In this document: positions 1 through 10,470 of the stretch, piece by piece | Numbering within the stretch: the stretch's first letter is position 1 | Layout of the letters: the number at the start of each line of letters is the position of its first letter | NCBI GenBank assembly: GCA_054600435.1 | Contig: BAAIJX010000029.1 | Span: 62,001-126,000 of the forward strand | DNA: 64,000 nucleotides | DNA from: Neophaeotheca triangularis | Lineage: Eukaryota | Direction: 5' to 3' | Notes under the pieces: model-generated | Told to the model about the DNA's origin: nothing | Databases searched by the model: none | The model's input: only the letters and a program-made list of their open reading frames with translations | Made by a program: the position numbers and the translations under genes

Positions 1-1889
1 CGAGCTTGACGTTTCGACAACAAAGCACCGCAGCTCTTTCGCAAACACACCAGATCATCCCCGAAAGTGAGAGGGCAGAAGTGGAGCGGTATTGAGGACA
101 TGCCATCTCGCACTTCTCGGCAAGTCCTTCTCTAGCACTTCCTGGCGTAATGAGTAGGCAGTGGATGGAACAGCTCTCTTACACCGCCTAGTTTCTAGTA
201 ACCACGGAATCCAGGGGTAATGCATTTGCCGGGTGCGAATATATACGTCTCGTCACCAACTATTTGTGTAGTTTAGTCAGTCCAGCCCCTGTTAGTTAAA
301 GTACATACACGACCTTTGCGCCTCGAACCTTAATACTAGAAGTTGACATATGCTTTAGAGATGCTCGAACACCTGTTTGGGCGAGTAATCACCACTCTAT
401 CGAGCTCGGACCGCGGCAGACACCTTTTGTCGTACTAAGACCTACAAAGATTCGTTCGAAATGTGGTAGATGCTGCTTTATTGTGTATAATCTGTGTACT
501 TTCGTGATTGGACTTGTGTTGAACGTAAAGGAGTATGTATTTTTGTGATGGGTTGCTGATCTACATACTAGCTAGCATGTAGCCAGCTAATTTGCCCGCT
601 AAGGGTGCTGGCTTCAGATGAAGCCCTCAAGGCACTCAGCCTTCGGGCAAGCCGGCGGGGCAAATGCTCTTGCGCCTTTCGCTTCGTATCCTTGACCTAG
701 GCAAAGGACATGCGGGTAGAGGTAAGAGCGAGGCCGAGCCATCGCATCGAGGATCTCCATATCTAGATGCAGGCCGCCAGCTTTGCCAACCCCGAAGGGC
801 ATCACGGCACTTAGCCCGTCGTGAATGGGATGCCTGGCGCGCTGGCGAGGCGCGACAGACAAGATTCTCCGTGGTTTTCTTGATTCCCGAACCGGTTCAC
901 CAGGCCTTCGTATAGCGCTGACTAAGCGAGGCTGGTGAGGCCGCGCTTGTTACCCATTTGCAGGGGGTTACGAGCAAGTCTGCAGCGCTAGCAGGTGTTG
1001 ATATTGTGGCTCATGACGAAATGAGGTAGGCGAAAAGGGCTTGTCTCATGGGTCTTTTTGATATTAGCATGTGAAGTTAGAAGTGGATGTCTACGTGGCA
1101 GTATCGCGGTCCAATATCACAGCACTAGTACAGGCGCGGATGGCACGGGGGGTTAAGGTATCCAGTCGTTCTTACAGTACCAGAGGGATTCCAAAGCCGA
1201 TACGATGAGCCGCTATACCAGAGGGTCACGATTATAATCGCGTGGGCCATGCCTCTATGTTCTTCTAGACTCCAGCTTGCTCGCTGAGGGTGGGAGTCCC
1301 GAAAGGTTCCACGACATTCAGCCTGTATGCAAGCTGGCGATTGTCGTGGAAGGTCCTCAGGTGCGCGAGGTCGAAGTTGCGCGGCAGACATGGCATGATC
1401 AAGTGCTACTAGTCGGAAGGTGTGAGTATTTAGTACCTATGTAACATTTTGAGATTTGAGCATGTAGTGTGATGAAGTGAAATGAAAGGATTGATTGCTC
1501 TCAGAGCTTGCTCTACCATACCAGCAGGCTGCGAAAGAGCACGAGGTAGACAGTGCTTGGAGGTCTCCACTGCTTTGAAGGCTGCTCCAAGGGGCTGCAA
1601 GCTTTGCTGTTGCAGTTTCATTTTAGTGGAAGTTCTTGAGGGAGTCCGAGTGAGCACGTCGCTAAGATGGTGATGTTCAGGTATGGCGGCTGAGCTTGGG
1701 CCTGCTTACATAATCCTCGCGGCCGACCTTAACTTACCTTAACTACCTGAGGCAGAAATAGGACAACATCAACACGACAATCACAACCCTCGACGCGATA
1801 ACTACAAGTAGGGCGCAAGGTGTGAAACGATTCCTCGGTGCGAATTCTTTTTGACTTCTTGAACATCTGCAGAGGCATCTTTCCCCATC

Positions 1890-2616
1890 ATGGCTACCGC
1901 CAACCCCAATGAGAAGCCCTGGCACGCCGCCTTCCCAGAGCCTAGATTAAAGGCGGATTACATGCCCGCAGAACGTATCATGATGCTCCATGCGATGGGT
2001 ATCAAGAATGCCCTAGTGGTACAAAAGCCACAAGCAATCGATGCTAGAAAATTCTTGTGGACTGACACCACAACAGATCGATGTCCGCAGAACCGATTAC
2101 GAAGGAGGCTGCATTCGTGGAAGTCTGAACATCCCCGCCCAGGGCTTCTACTGGAACAGAGGACCGCTGTAGGTACTTGCTTGAGCTCAAATAACTTCCT
2201 TGCCTTGTTCTTATTGCGGGTTGTCTTGGGTTTGGTATCTACAAGCTGATCATATCTCTTTTTGACACGGTAGGTACGAACTCGCCTACAAGGCCGATAT
2301 GGAATGGGTTGTCTTTACCTGCGCTTCTTCGTCACCCACCGGTCGGGGTCAGAGGTGCGCTTCCTGGTTTCTGGACCATGTACGCAACACTGTTGGCGAT
2401 GAGAATATGAACGTGCTTGTGCTCGAAGGTGGCGTCAAGGGGTGGGTGAAGCGAGGAGACCAATTTACGAGGCTCATGGACGGATTCGATGGTCAGTATT
2501 GGAAGGAGGTGTTTGAGGAGGAAGAGAAGGCTAAGGAGGCGAGACAACGGGTGGGGAACGATGAAGGTGCTGAGGTTAGCAAAAGAGTTGCTTGCGAGGG
2601 TGATGTCGGTAAATGA
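1890..2616 (+). CDS. Cdc25-like rhodanese / arsenate reductase (Acr2/Ych1-type), 3 exons
   Basis: Exons 1890-2018, 2077-2168 and 2274-2616, joined at GT-AG introns, read PWHAAFPEP...IDVRRTDYEGGCIRGSLNIPAQGFY...VVFTCASSSPTGRGQRCASWF...VLEGGVKGW. These are rhodanese/Cdc25-fold motifs. Confidence 0.85.
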
Positions 2617-2905
2617 ACTGTACATGGTGAGTAGCTACTTTACGATACCTTCTGTTGTGTTCTATTCAGTATTACACTCCCTGTTATTGACACCGGCACG
2701 ACGGCAGGTTTTATTTGGCTGTGCGTGCAAGGGTTTAAAGCATGAAACATTTCGCCTGGAACTAGTGCTCGATCTCTACCAGAGTCATAAACGATCATGC
2801 TAGGCTTGTTGCACTGCTGAATGCAGTAGCTTATGGATAGGCCTGCCTCATGCAAGAGCACATGTACCAAGAGAGGCCTGGTTGTTGTTGGCACGAAGTA
2901 TAAAG

Positions 2906-4615
2906 TTAATCCAGTGGAGTTATGCCTTGAGGAATCATGGAGATGTCACACACCTGCCATAAGGCGTTCGCATGCCATTTTGATTGCTGGACGGCTTCTC
3001 GGAATATTATATTTTCTGACAGTGCTGCTGAGTAACTCACAATGTCGGTGCCCTGCGACAGGCAACCCACTGGAGTTTGGAGCCAGGGACCGCGGCAAAC
3101 CAGGCGAGTCCTCCAACTTTCTACGCACCTGGCGAGATTGTTGGAACGTTTGAACCTACCGATCGGTAACGCCCTGGCGGGCCTTCTGCCCTCTGAGAAT
3201 GACTTGCAAGATTCCAACGTTTTTGCCGACTTACGTGACACCTTTGATGAACGACGACGAAGTCTCGGAAATGTCAGTGCCTCAGGAACATCCCTCTTGT
3301 ACTCCCCTGTTTCGCCGAAGCTTCTTTGCACCATGTACTCATGGCAGGGGTACCGTCGCGTTTGGACAGGCTGATCGTCTGGCTTCAACGGAACATCAGA
3401 GCCAGAACAAAATCCTGCTCGAGAAGCAGTCAACGCTGCGTACTCCCACTTCCGAGGAGCTTCTCGGCAGCTTACTTTGCACTTTGGAAATTTTCGACGA
3501 CGTTTTGGTCGGTCTACATCATCAATGATTGATCTCCAGAAGTCCCTCGGACAGATGGACTTACCTGATTGCGGTCTCACTCGGCGTATTGGCCGATGCT
3601 GCTACATATAGCCTCATCCACCTTACATCGCCGATTGACATCTTCACCTAGACAGCCATTCAAAAACGGGTATACCACGAGGAGAGTTGCATGACGCTTG
3701 GCCGGTGGCTTTTCCTTCCTGAGGCTCTCGACCGTTCTGCTCCTGTTCCCTACAGTTCAAGAAAACGGAGAGGCTCGATCGCGAAGTACGGTCGATCGCA
3801 GACTTGCTCCCCAAATTATCGAGGGTTACAAACATGGCTGGAAAGCCGGGTACTGTTGGAGGAACGGCATTTTCGGGGCCGCGAGACTCGCGTAAGAATG
3901 TTCGGTTTCTGAGCGTTTGGCCCCCGGGCGAGCAGGATCGCAATCAAGGAAAGCTTGTATGCGGCCCAAGGCTCATCGACTACCGAGTACTGGGGAGAAC
4001 CAAAGAGGCAGTGCCACTGAAGTTGAACGCAACCCCCTTCATGTTGCGGAAGAGACAGACGAGGAAGATTAGAAGCTCGGCCGATTCCTATGCTAAAGCT
4101 TCAGCTTCTTCTGAGAAAGCTGGAATTCTGGTCAAGCCAGCCAGCCAGCCATCCTATAGAGCTTGTGTCCGTAGCAAAACGAGCAGGCGGCTGCCAACCA
4201 CTGTAGCCGGCTATATCTCCGCTTTTGACTCCGCGCCTTCTGCTTCACCCTCCAACCAGTCAAGAGGCTCTGCGTGGTACAGACCGGGAGTCTGGTCGTT
4301 CGGATCCCGCTTCTCCAACTCTCGCGCCCGCTACTCCCTCGTACTTCGTCGTAAATCATGCGGCCCGCCAGGAGAGCCACAAGCAATCCCAACAGCTTTG
4401 CCTCTCCCAACTCATGTGAAATTAGAGCAAAGCCTTCCTCGTACTGCTTCACAGAAGCGCCTGTAGCCAAGAAAGGGGTTCAGAGCGAGTAAGTGCCGAA
4501 GTGAGCAAGTACAGACGTTGCGATGTAGGACGAAAGAGGGGATCACGCCGCGTTGTAGAAGGCCCGGCTTGCAACAAGTGGCAGAGGACACCTTATATAG
4601 TGCTCTGAAACCCAA
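2906..4615 (-). pseudogene. Degenerate (RIP-like) gene relic, possibly an LRR/F-box-type hypothetical protein
   Basis: One minus-strand frame from about 4615 to 3644 reads protein-like (AELLIFLVCLFRNMKGVAFNF...SFP*LRS) but is broken by 5 TAG and 2 TGA codons. Downstream ORF 2906-3580 contains LTFPRLRR. Boundaries are approximate. Confidence 0.5.
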
Positions 4616-4869
4616 ACTGCACGGTGCGACTCGATCGCAAAAGCAAGACTCCCTCCATTACTACCATATAACACTGGAAAAGGTACGAGACTGGTATATC
4701 TACACCCGTAAACCCAGCCACTCGTCCAACCAACCAAACTCCCCACGAGAAAAACCCCACCACGAGCGAACCAAAATCACAACGCCGTCATCCACTCTCA
4801 ACCCTCCACTCCACACCTCCCTCACTCTCCTCCCCTCCACCCTCCCTCAAGATCCCATCCCCCAATCCA

Positions 4870-5542
4870 TCACCCCTTTCCCCTCCCATCGCCCTCACTA
4901 ACCCTCCCCCTCCTCCGCGCCCTCCTCTCCCGCGCACTAGCCTTAAGCGCCTCCGCCGTTCTAAAGACCCCGGGTAATTCAAAATCCCTCTCCTCCTCGA
5001 CCTCAGGCATTTCCGGCAAGGGCAGCCCAAAAGCCAAAACCTCGCCTCCGCCTTGCTCAGTCTTGGTGGTCTTGGAAGCAAAGGCAGTGGAAGGGGAGAG
5101 GGGATGTGAATGGGGATGTGGGTTGGAATTGAAATTGTGGCGAGCGAGAGCTGCGGCGCGCTGGGCGGGGGCGCGGGGGTAGAAGGTTGTGATTGGGGAG
5201 AGAGGGACTGGAGGAGGAGGGGGAGGGGTTTTTGTTTTTGCTTTTGTGATAGTGGTGTGGGGGGTCGTGTTGGAGGGGGTGGAAGCGCGGGCGCGAGAGA
5301 GCTTAAGGGTGAGACCCGATTTGCGAGCTGGATCTGCCGGTGCCGGTGCCGTGGAAGCTTTTGAAGAGTTTTGTTTCGGTTTGGCTTGTCGTTGCTGGGA
5401 AGTGGAGCTCGTGCTTGGGGTGGAAGAGCGCTTGTTGGTATTGCCCTTGTTGTGGCGAGAGCCGGTTTTAAGCGCCGAGAGCGTTTCGCGCTGTAGTTGC
5501 TTCGTAGCGCTGGCATTGAGGTCGGAGGAACTGGGCTCGGCT

Positions 5543-5575
<33 letters not shown>

Positions 5576-6762
5576 GTCTCTTCTTCGTCTTCATCCTCCT
5601 CTTCCTGCTCTCGTACAGCTTTCTCCCGCAGCAACCTCAACCGTCTTTCCTCGTCTTTCCATTGCCGGAATTTCCCCACTAGCACACTCACCTCGCGTTC
5701 GAAGAATTCGCGCTTAGGTTCGTATTTGCGCGCTTCGGAGTCCGTGATGCCCGTGATGCCGAGGACTTTGAGCCAGTCGTGGGATTGTAGACCGCTGAGG
5801 AGACGCTCGAGGGAGGCTTTCTCGTGCATGGCGCGCTCGCGCTCGATGTTGCGGAGCTGTTTCTCTTTACGCTCGGCGCGGTTGTGTGCTTTGATGTAGC
5901 GGGCGTCGGTCAGGGGGTCATCCGGGATTGAGGGGTTTCCGGGGTCGGGGAGGAAAGCGCTGAGGTCGAGGGGGTGGCAGCCGTTGAAGCTGTCGGTAGG
6001 GTCTGGTTTGCGAGGCTTTTTGCTGAGGTTACGACTGGGGGGGGTGGCGGTGGTGGCGGCTCGCTGAGCAGTGTCGTCGGTTAAGTAAACGGCGGAGTCG
6101 GCAGTTATGAATTCCGGCTCGATTGGGGCGTCGAAGATGATGTCTTCGTAATTGGGAAAGTAGACAGCCAGCTCGCTCTTCAACCGGGGTCCCTCGTCAT
6201 GACTGCGTAGACTTCTTTTCTCCTCCTGCCTCGACGACCTAGCGGCCTCGGGTCGGCCATTGGTAGCGGTCGTGGCCGCAGCCGCGGGCTGGGGGGTTGA
6301 TGTTCGCGACTGCACTCTGCTGGGGGTATTTCGCCTGCTACGGATATCGTCCACATTGGTTTCCAGTCTCGTCTCGACTCCATTCAAGGTCTCTTTTAGC
6401 TGACCATGGGGCTCGGTTACCGTAATTTTGCTTGGCGGTTTGGGAGGGGAAGGCTGAGGTTGTTGCTTCTGCGGGGAGGGAGCAGTAGTAAAGGCGAAGT
6501 TGTCCAGCGTTTGTTGGCGGGGACCTTTCAATAGCAGTTTCCTCCTCTTAGTAGGTCTCTCTGCATTATCTTGGGGGTTCTTAGAGGGCGATGGGCGGTG
6601 CTGCGGGTGGTGGTAGGCGTGCGGACGATGAGGTGAGGTCGGCGCTTGCGGTTGCGCGACGGCGGGCTGTGCTGCAGTCGGGGGATGATGATGATGGCCA
6701 GTTTGTTGGACGTCTCGCTGGAGCAAGTGGCCGCCATTTTGCCCTCGAATGGTTATCGGCAT
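4870..6762 (-). CDS. SAS4: SAS complex subunit 4 (Sas4 domain) protein
   Basis: 630-aa ORF with DPLTDARYIKAHNRAERKEKQLRNIERERAMHEK...DWLKVLGITG...FRQWKDEERR, which I recognise as the Sas4 domain. Flanks are low-complexity. The start codon is uncertain. Confidence 0.8.
5543..5575. repeat. (GTC)n microsatellite encoding poly-Asp in SAS4
   Basis: About 11 tandem TCG/GTC units. Confidence 0.9.
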
Positions 6763-7640
6763 ACTCGAGGCGAGTCAGCATTGTCTTGTCTTGTTGGTCG
6801 GTCGTGGATTATGCCATGACGTTGGTGGTGTTATCTCCTGACAAGACGCGTTCCCGGCGTGTCTCGCAATGCAATGTGTGTGAAAGTGACGATGATGCTG
6901 CTTAGGTTCCATGCTTCTGCTGCCCTCCTCGTTTGGAAGCTACATGCATTGACTTGACTACAACCATTTCCCACCGAGAGATACATTACGAACATTGAGT
7001 ACCTAGGTATTTCTTCACTAACTGCCGTCATGCAACATACGTCTCAATCGTCAGTAAGAACCTGGTGAGTGCTGTGAAGCACTATCAATCTCGCTCGACA
7101 CAGCCAGCTCCCTCGCAAAACTCATCTCTGGGTTAAACACCCGAAATGTAACTAGGCTATGTAGTAGGAAGTGATTATACAAAGCCTGTGGAGCAAGGAC
7201 TTTCATGAGGAGCAACATCTTGTCAGTACTACTAGTAAAACCCCTGACTATGGAACAGCCGTAATCGAGGCCAGATCCAGGCAGTCAAGTGACAGCAGCT
7301 TCCATAACTCTAAGCTCAGAGTGTGTGCCAGTGCAAAGCTCTCCTTAGCGCTAACAGCAGGGGAAATGGTAAAGCCCAATATGCTGCGTGCAATCTTCCC
7401 AGAAAAGTGAAGGGAACCTGTTTGCCTACAAGATCGGAGAGATAGCAAGTAGCCTGCACCACTATTCCCTGAGACCCCCAGCATCCCCAGTCTCCCAATA
7501 CTGCCAAAACCAAGTAGCGCCTCGAAACCCATTTTCAAAAACACCGAAGCCCAATTTCCCTCAGTGTGCAAACGCTAGAACGCTCCCAGAACAACAAGAG
7601 CGCAAAACCAAGATATCCAGCTCTTCTACCAACCTAACTC

Positions 7641-8259
7641 TCAAGGTCTCCCACCCACAGCAGACGGCGGTGGCATTACAGGCCCCGCATCCGCAGGTTG
7701 AACCGCACTCCCGCTGCCCTCTCCTGCTCCCGTCTCCCTCACAAAAACCTGATCGGCCGCAACCTTCGTAGGCTGATAACTCGGCGGCGGCGGCGTCTGC
7801 TCCCACGCCCCATAAGCCGGGGGCGCAGGGGGATGGTCCTGGGTAGCGAAATTCTGGCTATCCGGGTTGGGCTCCGCGGCGTAGTAACCACGGTTCTGAT
7901 CGGGTGCGTAATAAGGGCGTGCGCTTGTGGGGTGCAGGGGGTAGGAGGTTGGGGGATTCTGGTAGCGGGAGGGATAGTGGGCGCGGTGTTGGCGGCGCAC
8001 CATCCAGTTGTGGTATCGGAGGGGTGGGAGACCGCGCTTTATGCGCCGGTGGGCGTGGAACCAGGAGAGCAGGATGAAGAGTAGGAGGCTGCCGAAGAGG
8101 ATGCCGATTATCGCGTACCGCGTTGCGACACCTTCCTGGGTTTGGGAGTTAGTTCTGGCGAGAGTGAGGGGTGGGGGGGATGCTTACGTCTGTCCACCAC
8201 CAGCTGTAGCCGCCGTAGTAGTCGTCATCGTAGGTTTGGCGTTTGGAGAGGAAAGACAT
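7641..8259 (-). CDS. RCR-like (Congo-red resistance family) single-pass membrane protein with PY-type motifs, 2 exons
   Basis: Exon 8188-8259 (MSFLSKRQTYDDDYYGGYSWWWTD), intron 8136-8187, exon 7641-8135 with a TM helix YAIIGILFGSLLLFILLSWF, then HRRIKRGLPPLRYHNW and a Pro/Tyr-rich tail (PPAY, PPSY). Confidence 0.75.
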
Positions 8260-9234
8260 GGTTGGGGTGGGTTGGGTTGGGATGAGGGTCTGCGGTGGAG
8301 GCTGTAGGGTTTTGGTTCGTAGGAGTTGGGTCGAGGTCGGCTTGATGGTGCGGAGGACCTTCGAGGGTGTAACAGTCGGTGTCGTTGGACAAGGGGCTTT
8401 TCATGCAGTGTTACAAGCACATCAGACCAAATTGCTGTCCTCCGATTGTATTACTTTGGTAAGAGCTGAGATGTTGGAAGAAAGTGAGTTAGGAGAGAGA
8501 GCCTGGGGTGTCTCAGGGTTTAGACTTCGTAGTGCACAACAGATCATCGTCTGGGGAGGCTGGCTCGGCTGGAGTAGGTAAGTTAGGTACGGGTAGCGTT
8601 GAAGCCGGAGGGGGTTGCGCTGCGCGCATCTTGGCGGGGGAGGCATGGGTTACATTTGCCGCTCGCTTAAAGATACCTTACCGCGAGCTTTGGAGGTACT
8701 ATATCCAACCTGAACTATGATATGGTTATTCGTATAATGGAGGGATGATTATTGTCACACGATGTTGCGTGTAAACCTTCAGGCATCTCGGGCTGTATTT
8801 CAACGATCCCTTCCAAGCTTGACGAATATCCCTGGCCATCCCCACTCCTGACGCGCTGGTAGCGCATGCATTGCGCAGCTCTCAGCCCGATTCTACTGGT
8901 TTCTTCCACTACGTAGGCAATCTCGCGTGGCGATTGAGAGAGCGTCCCGGTACGCCTCGAGTCTACAAGAATGTTTCCTCTTCGCAACTCTCCTGGCAGC
9001 AGCTCGCAACTTGAGCATTACGCAGTTGCTACTCTGGGGCACCAACTCAAGTAGTTTTTCGCACACCCCTATCAGGTGACGCACAAGAACTTGCAGTCCT
9101 TGCAACCGGGAACAGCGGTTGGTGTTGCATCCAGCAAAGAACCCCAAATTCCACCAGCCAGCAAACTCAGATAGAGCAGCGCGCGCGATTCTCCTCCGCC
9201 TAAAAACGTGTATCCTTCCATCTCACAACTGCAC

Positions 9235-10071
9235 TCACAGATAGCCCCCGCCCTGAAACTTCCCACTAAACTCCCCAGCCCTCCTCAAAACCTCCCTCCT
9301 CCCCTTCTCCCCCGCAACAACCCCACTAGCCATATCCTTCTCGCGATCAAAAGCCCTCCCACTCGGATCATCAACCTCCGCCTCCCTCCCCTTCGTTCGC
9401 TGAAATTTCTCCACAAGACTCTCGCCCCTTTTTCCAGTCCCCTTACCTTCCTCGATACCCGTCTTCCCCTTTACTTCCGCCCCGGCTCTCGGCCCCGCCA
9501 CCGCTTTCGAAACCCCCATAACCTCGTCCGCCAATCGCTTCTGCTTTTGCTCCGGCGTCTCGTGCCACGCTGACCCATCGCCCGCTCCCGCCGCCGCTCC
9601 CGTGCGCGCGCTCTTTCCTGTGTTGAATTTCGTAGGCCGTGGCCGTGAGGGGTCCATGCGGGAAGCTAGGCCGTCGGCCGTCGGGGCCATGGTCATCCAT
9701 TCGTCGCGCTGGGGTTTGGCGCTAGCGGTTTCCGTAGCTGATGGAGGGGGAGGTGAGGGGGTTGTGGTGGTCTTGGAAGGGGGCTCGGGGTCGGTGGAGG
9801 GTAGCGAGGGGCCGAAATCGTCTTCGTCGTCGGAGGTGTCGGATGGTGCCGGGTCAGCGGGAGGTTGGGTGGGGGATGAGATTGGGCGTTCTTCCAGGGG
9901 CGCCGGTGGCATTGCTGGGCCCATTACTCTCTTTCTTTTGGAGCTTTCTTCTGGGCTCGGGGAGCGTTTTGCGCCGGGAGTTGTAGTGGTGGCATCTTTG
10001 GGGGCTTCTTCTTGTTGACGCTTGCGTTTGGCCAAGAGGTGTGGTGGGAGATTTGGACCTATTGCCGACAT
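9235..10071 (-). CDS. GPALPP-motif protein (DUF3752 / GPALPP1-like)
   Basis: IGPNLPP, GPAMPP and FGPSLP repeats, plus RDEWMT, WHETPEQK, RAFDREKD and C-terminal FQGGGYL. Confidence 0.85.
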   Translation of the reverse strand: MSAIGPNLPPHLLAKRKRQQEEAPKDATTTTPGAKRSPSPEESSKRKRVMGPAMPPAPLEERPISSPTQPPADPAPSDTSDDEDDFGPSLPSTDPEPPSKTTTTPSPPPPSATETASAKPQRDEWMTMAPTADGLASRMDPSRPRPTKFNTGKSARTGAAAGAGDGSAWHETPEQKQKRLADEVMGVSKAVAGPRAGAEVKGKTGIEEGKGTGKRGESLVEKFQRTKGREAEVDDPSGRAFDREKDMASGVVAGEKGRREVLRRAGEFSGKFQGGGYL

Positions 10072-10470
10072 AATTTAGTGATTGTTGTGGGGTTGTGTAG
10101 TACGAGACGATGTGGTGAAGAAGTAGGAGTTCAGAGAAGCCGCGCTTGCCAAGGCCGACACAGCTTCACGACATCCCGTCTCAAGGTGGCAGTGTTTGGA
10201 AGTCAGATACGCTTATATTGATGCATTTCCTTGCTTTACGACCGTACAAACATTACACGAGCTGTAGGAACCACGGCAGCAAGTAACCAAAGTGTTTAAT
10301 ATCTTCTTCAGCGACCAAAACAAGCACTCGATCATTACCAAAATCCCCCCCTCCAGCTAGGATTATCGCCGCATTGGGTCTCTGATCCCCATAGCGTACT
10401 ACAAAAGCTCCCTCGAGGACTGCTGGCTCATGACCGAGCTAATAGCAATGTTGTGGAGTTTCAGACATCG

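Noticed and set aside
3804..4466. 220-aa + strand ORF
   Set aside because: Better explained as the antisense of the decayed minus-strand frame.
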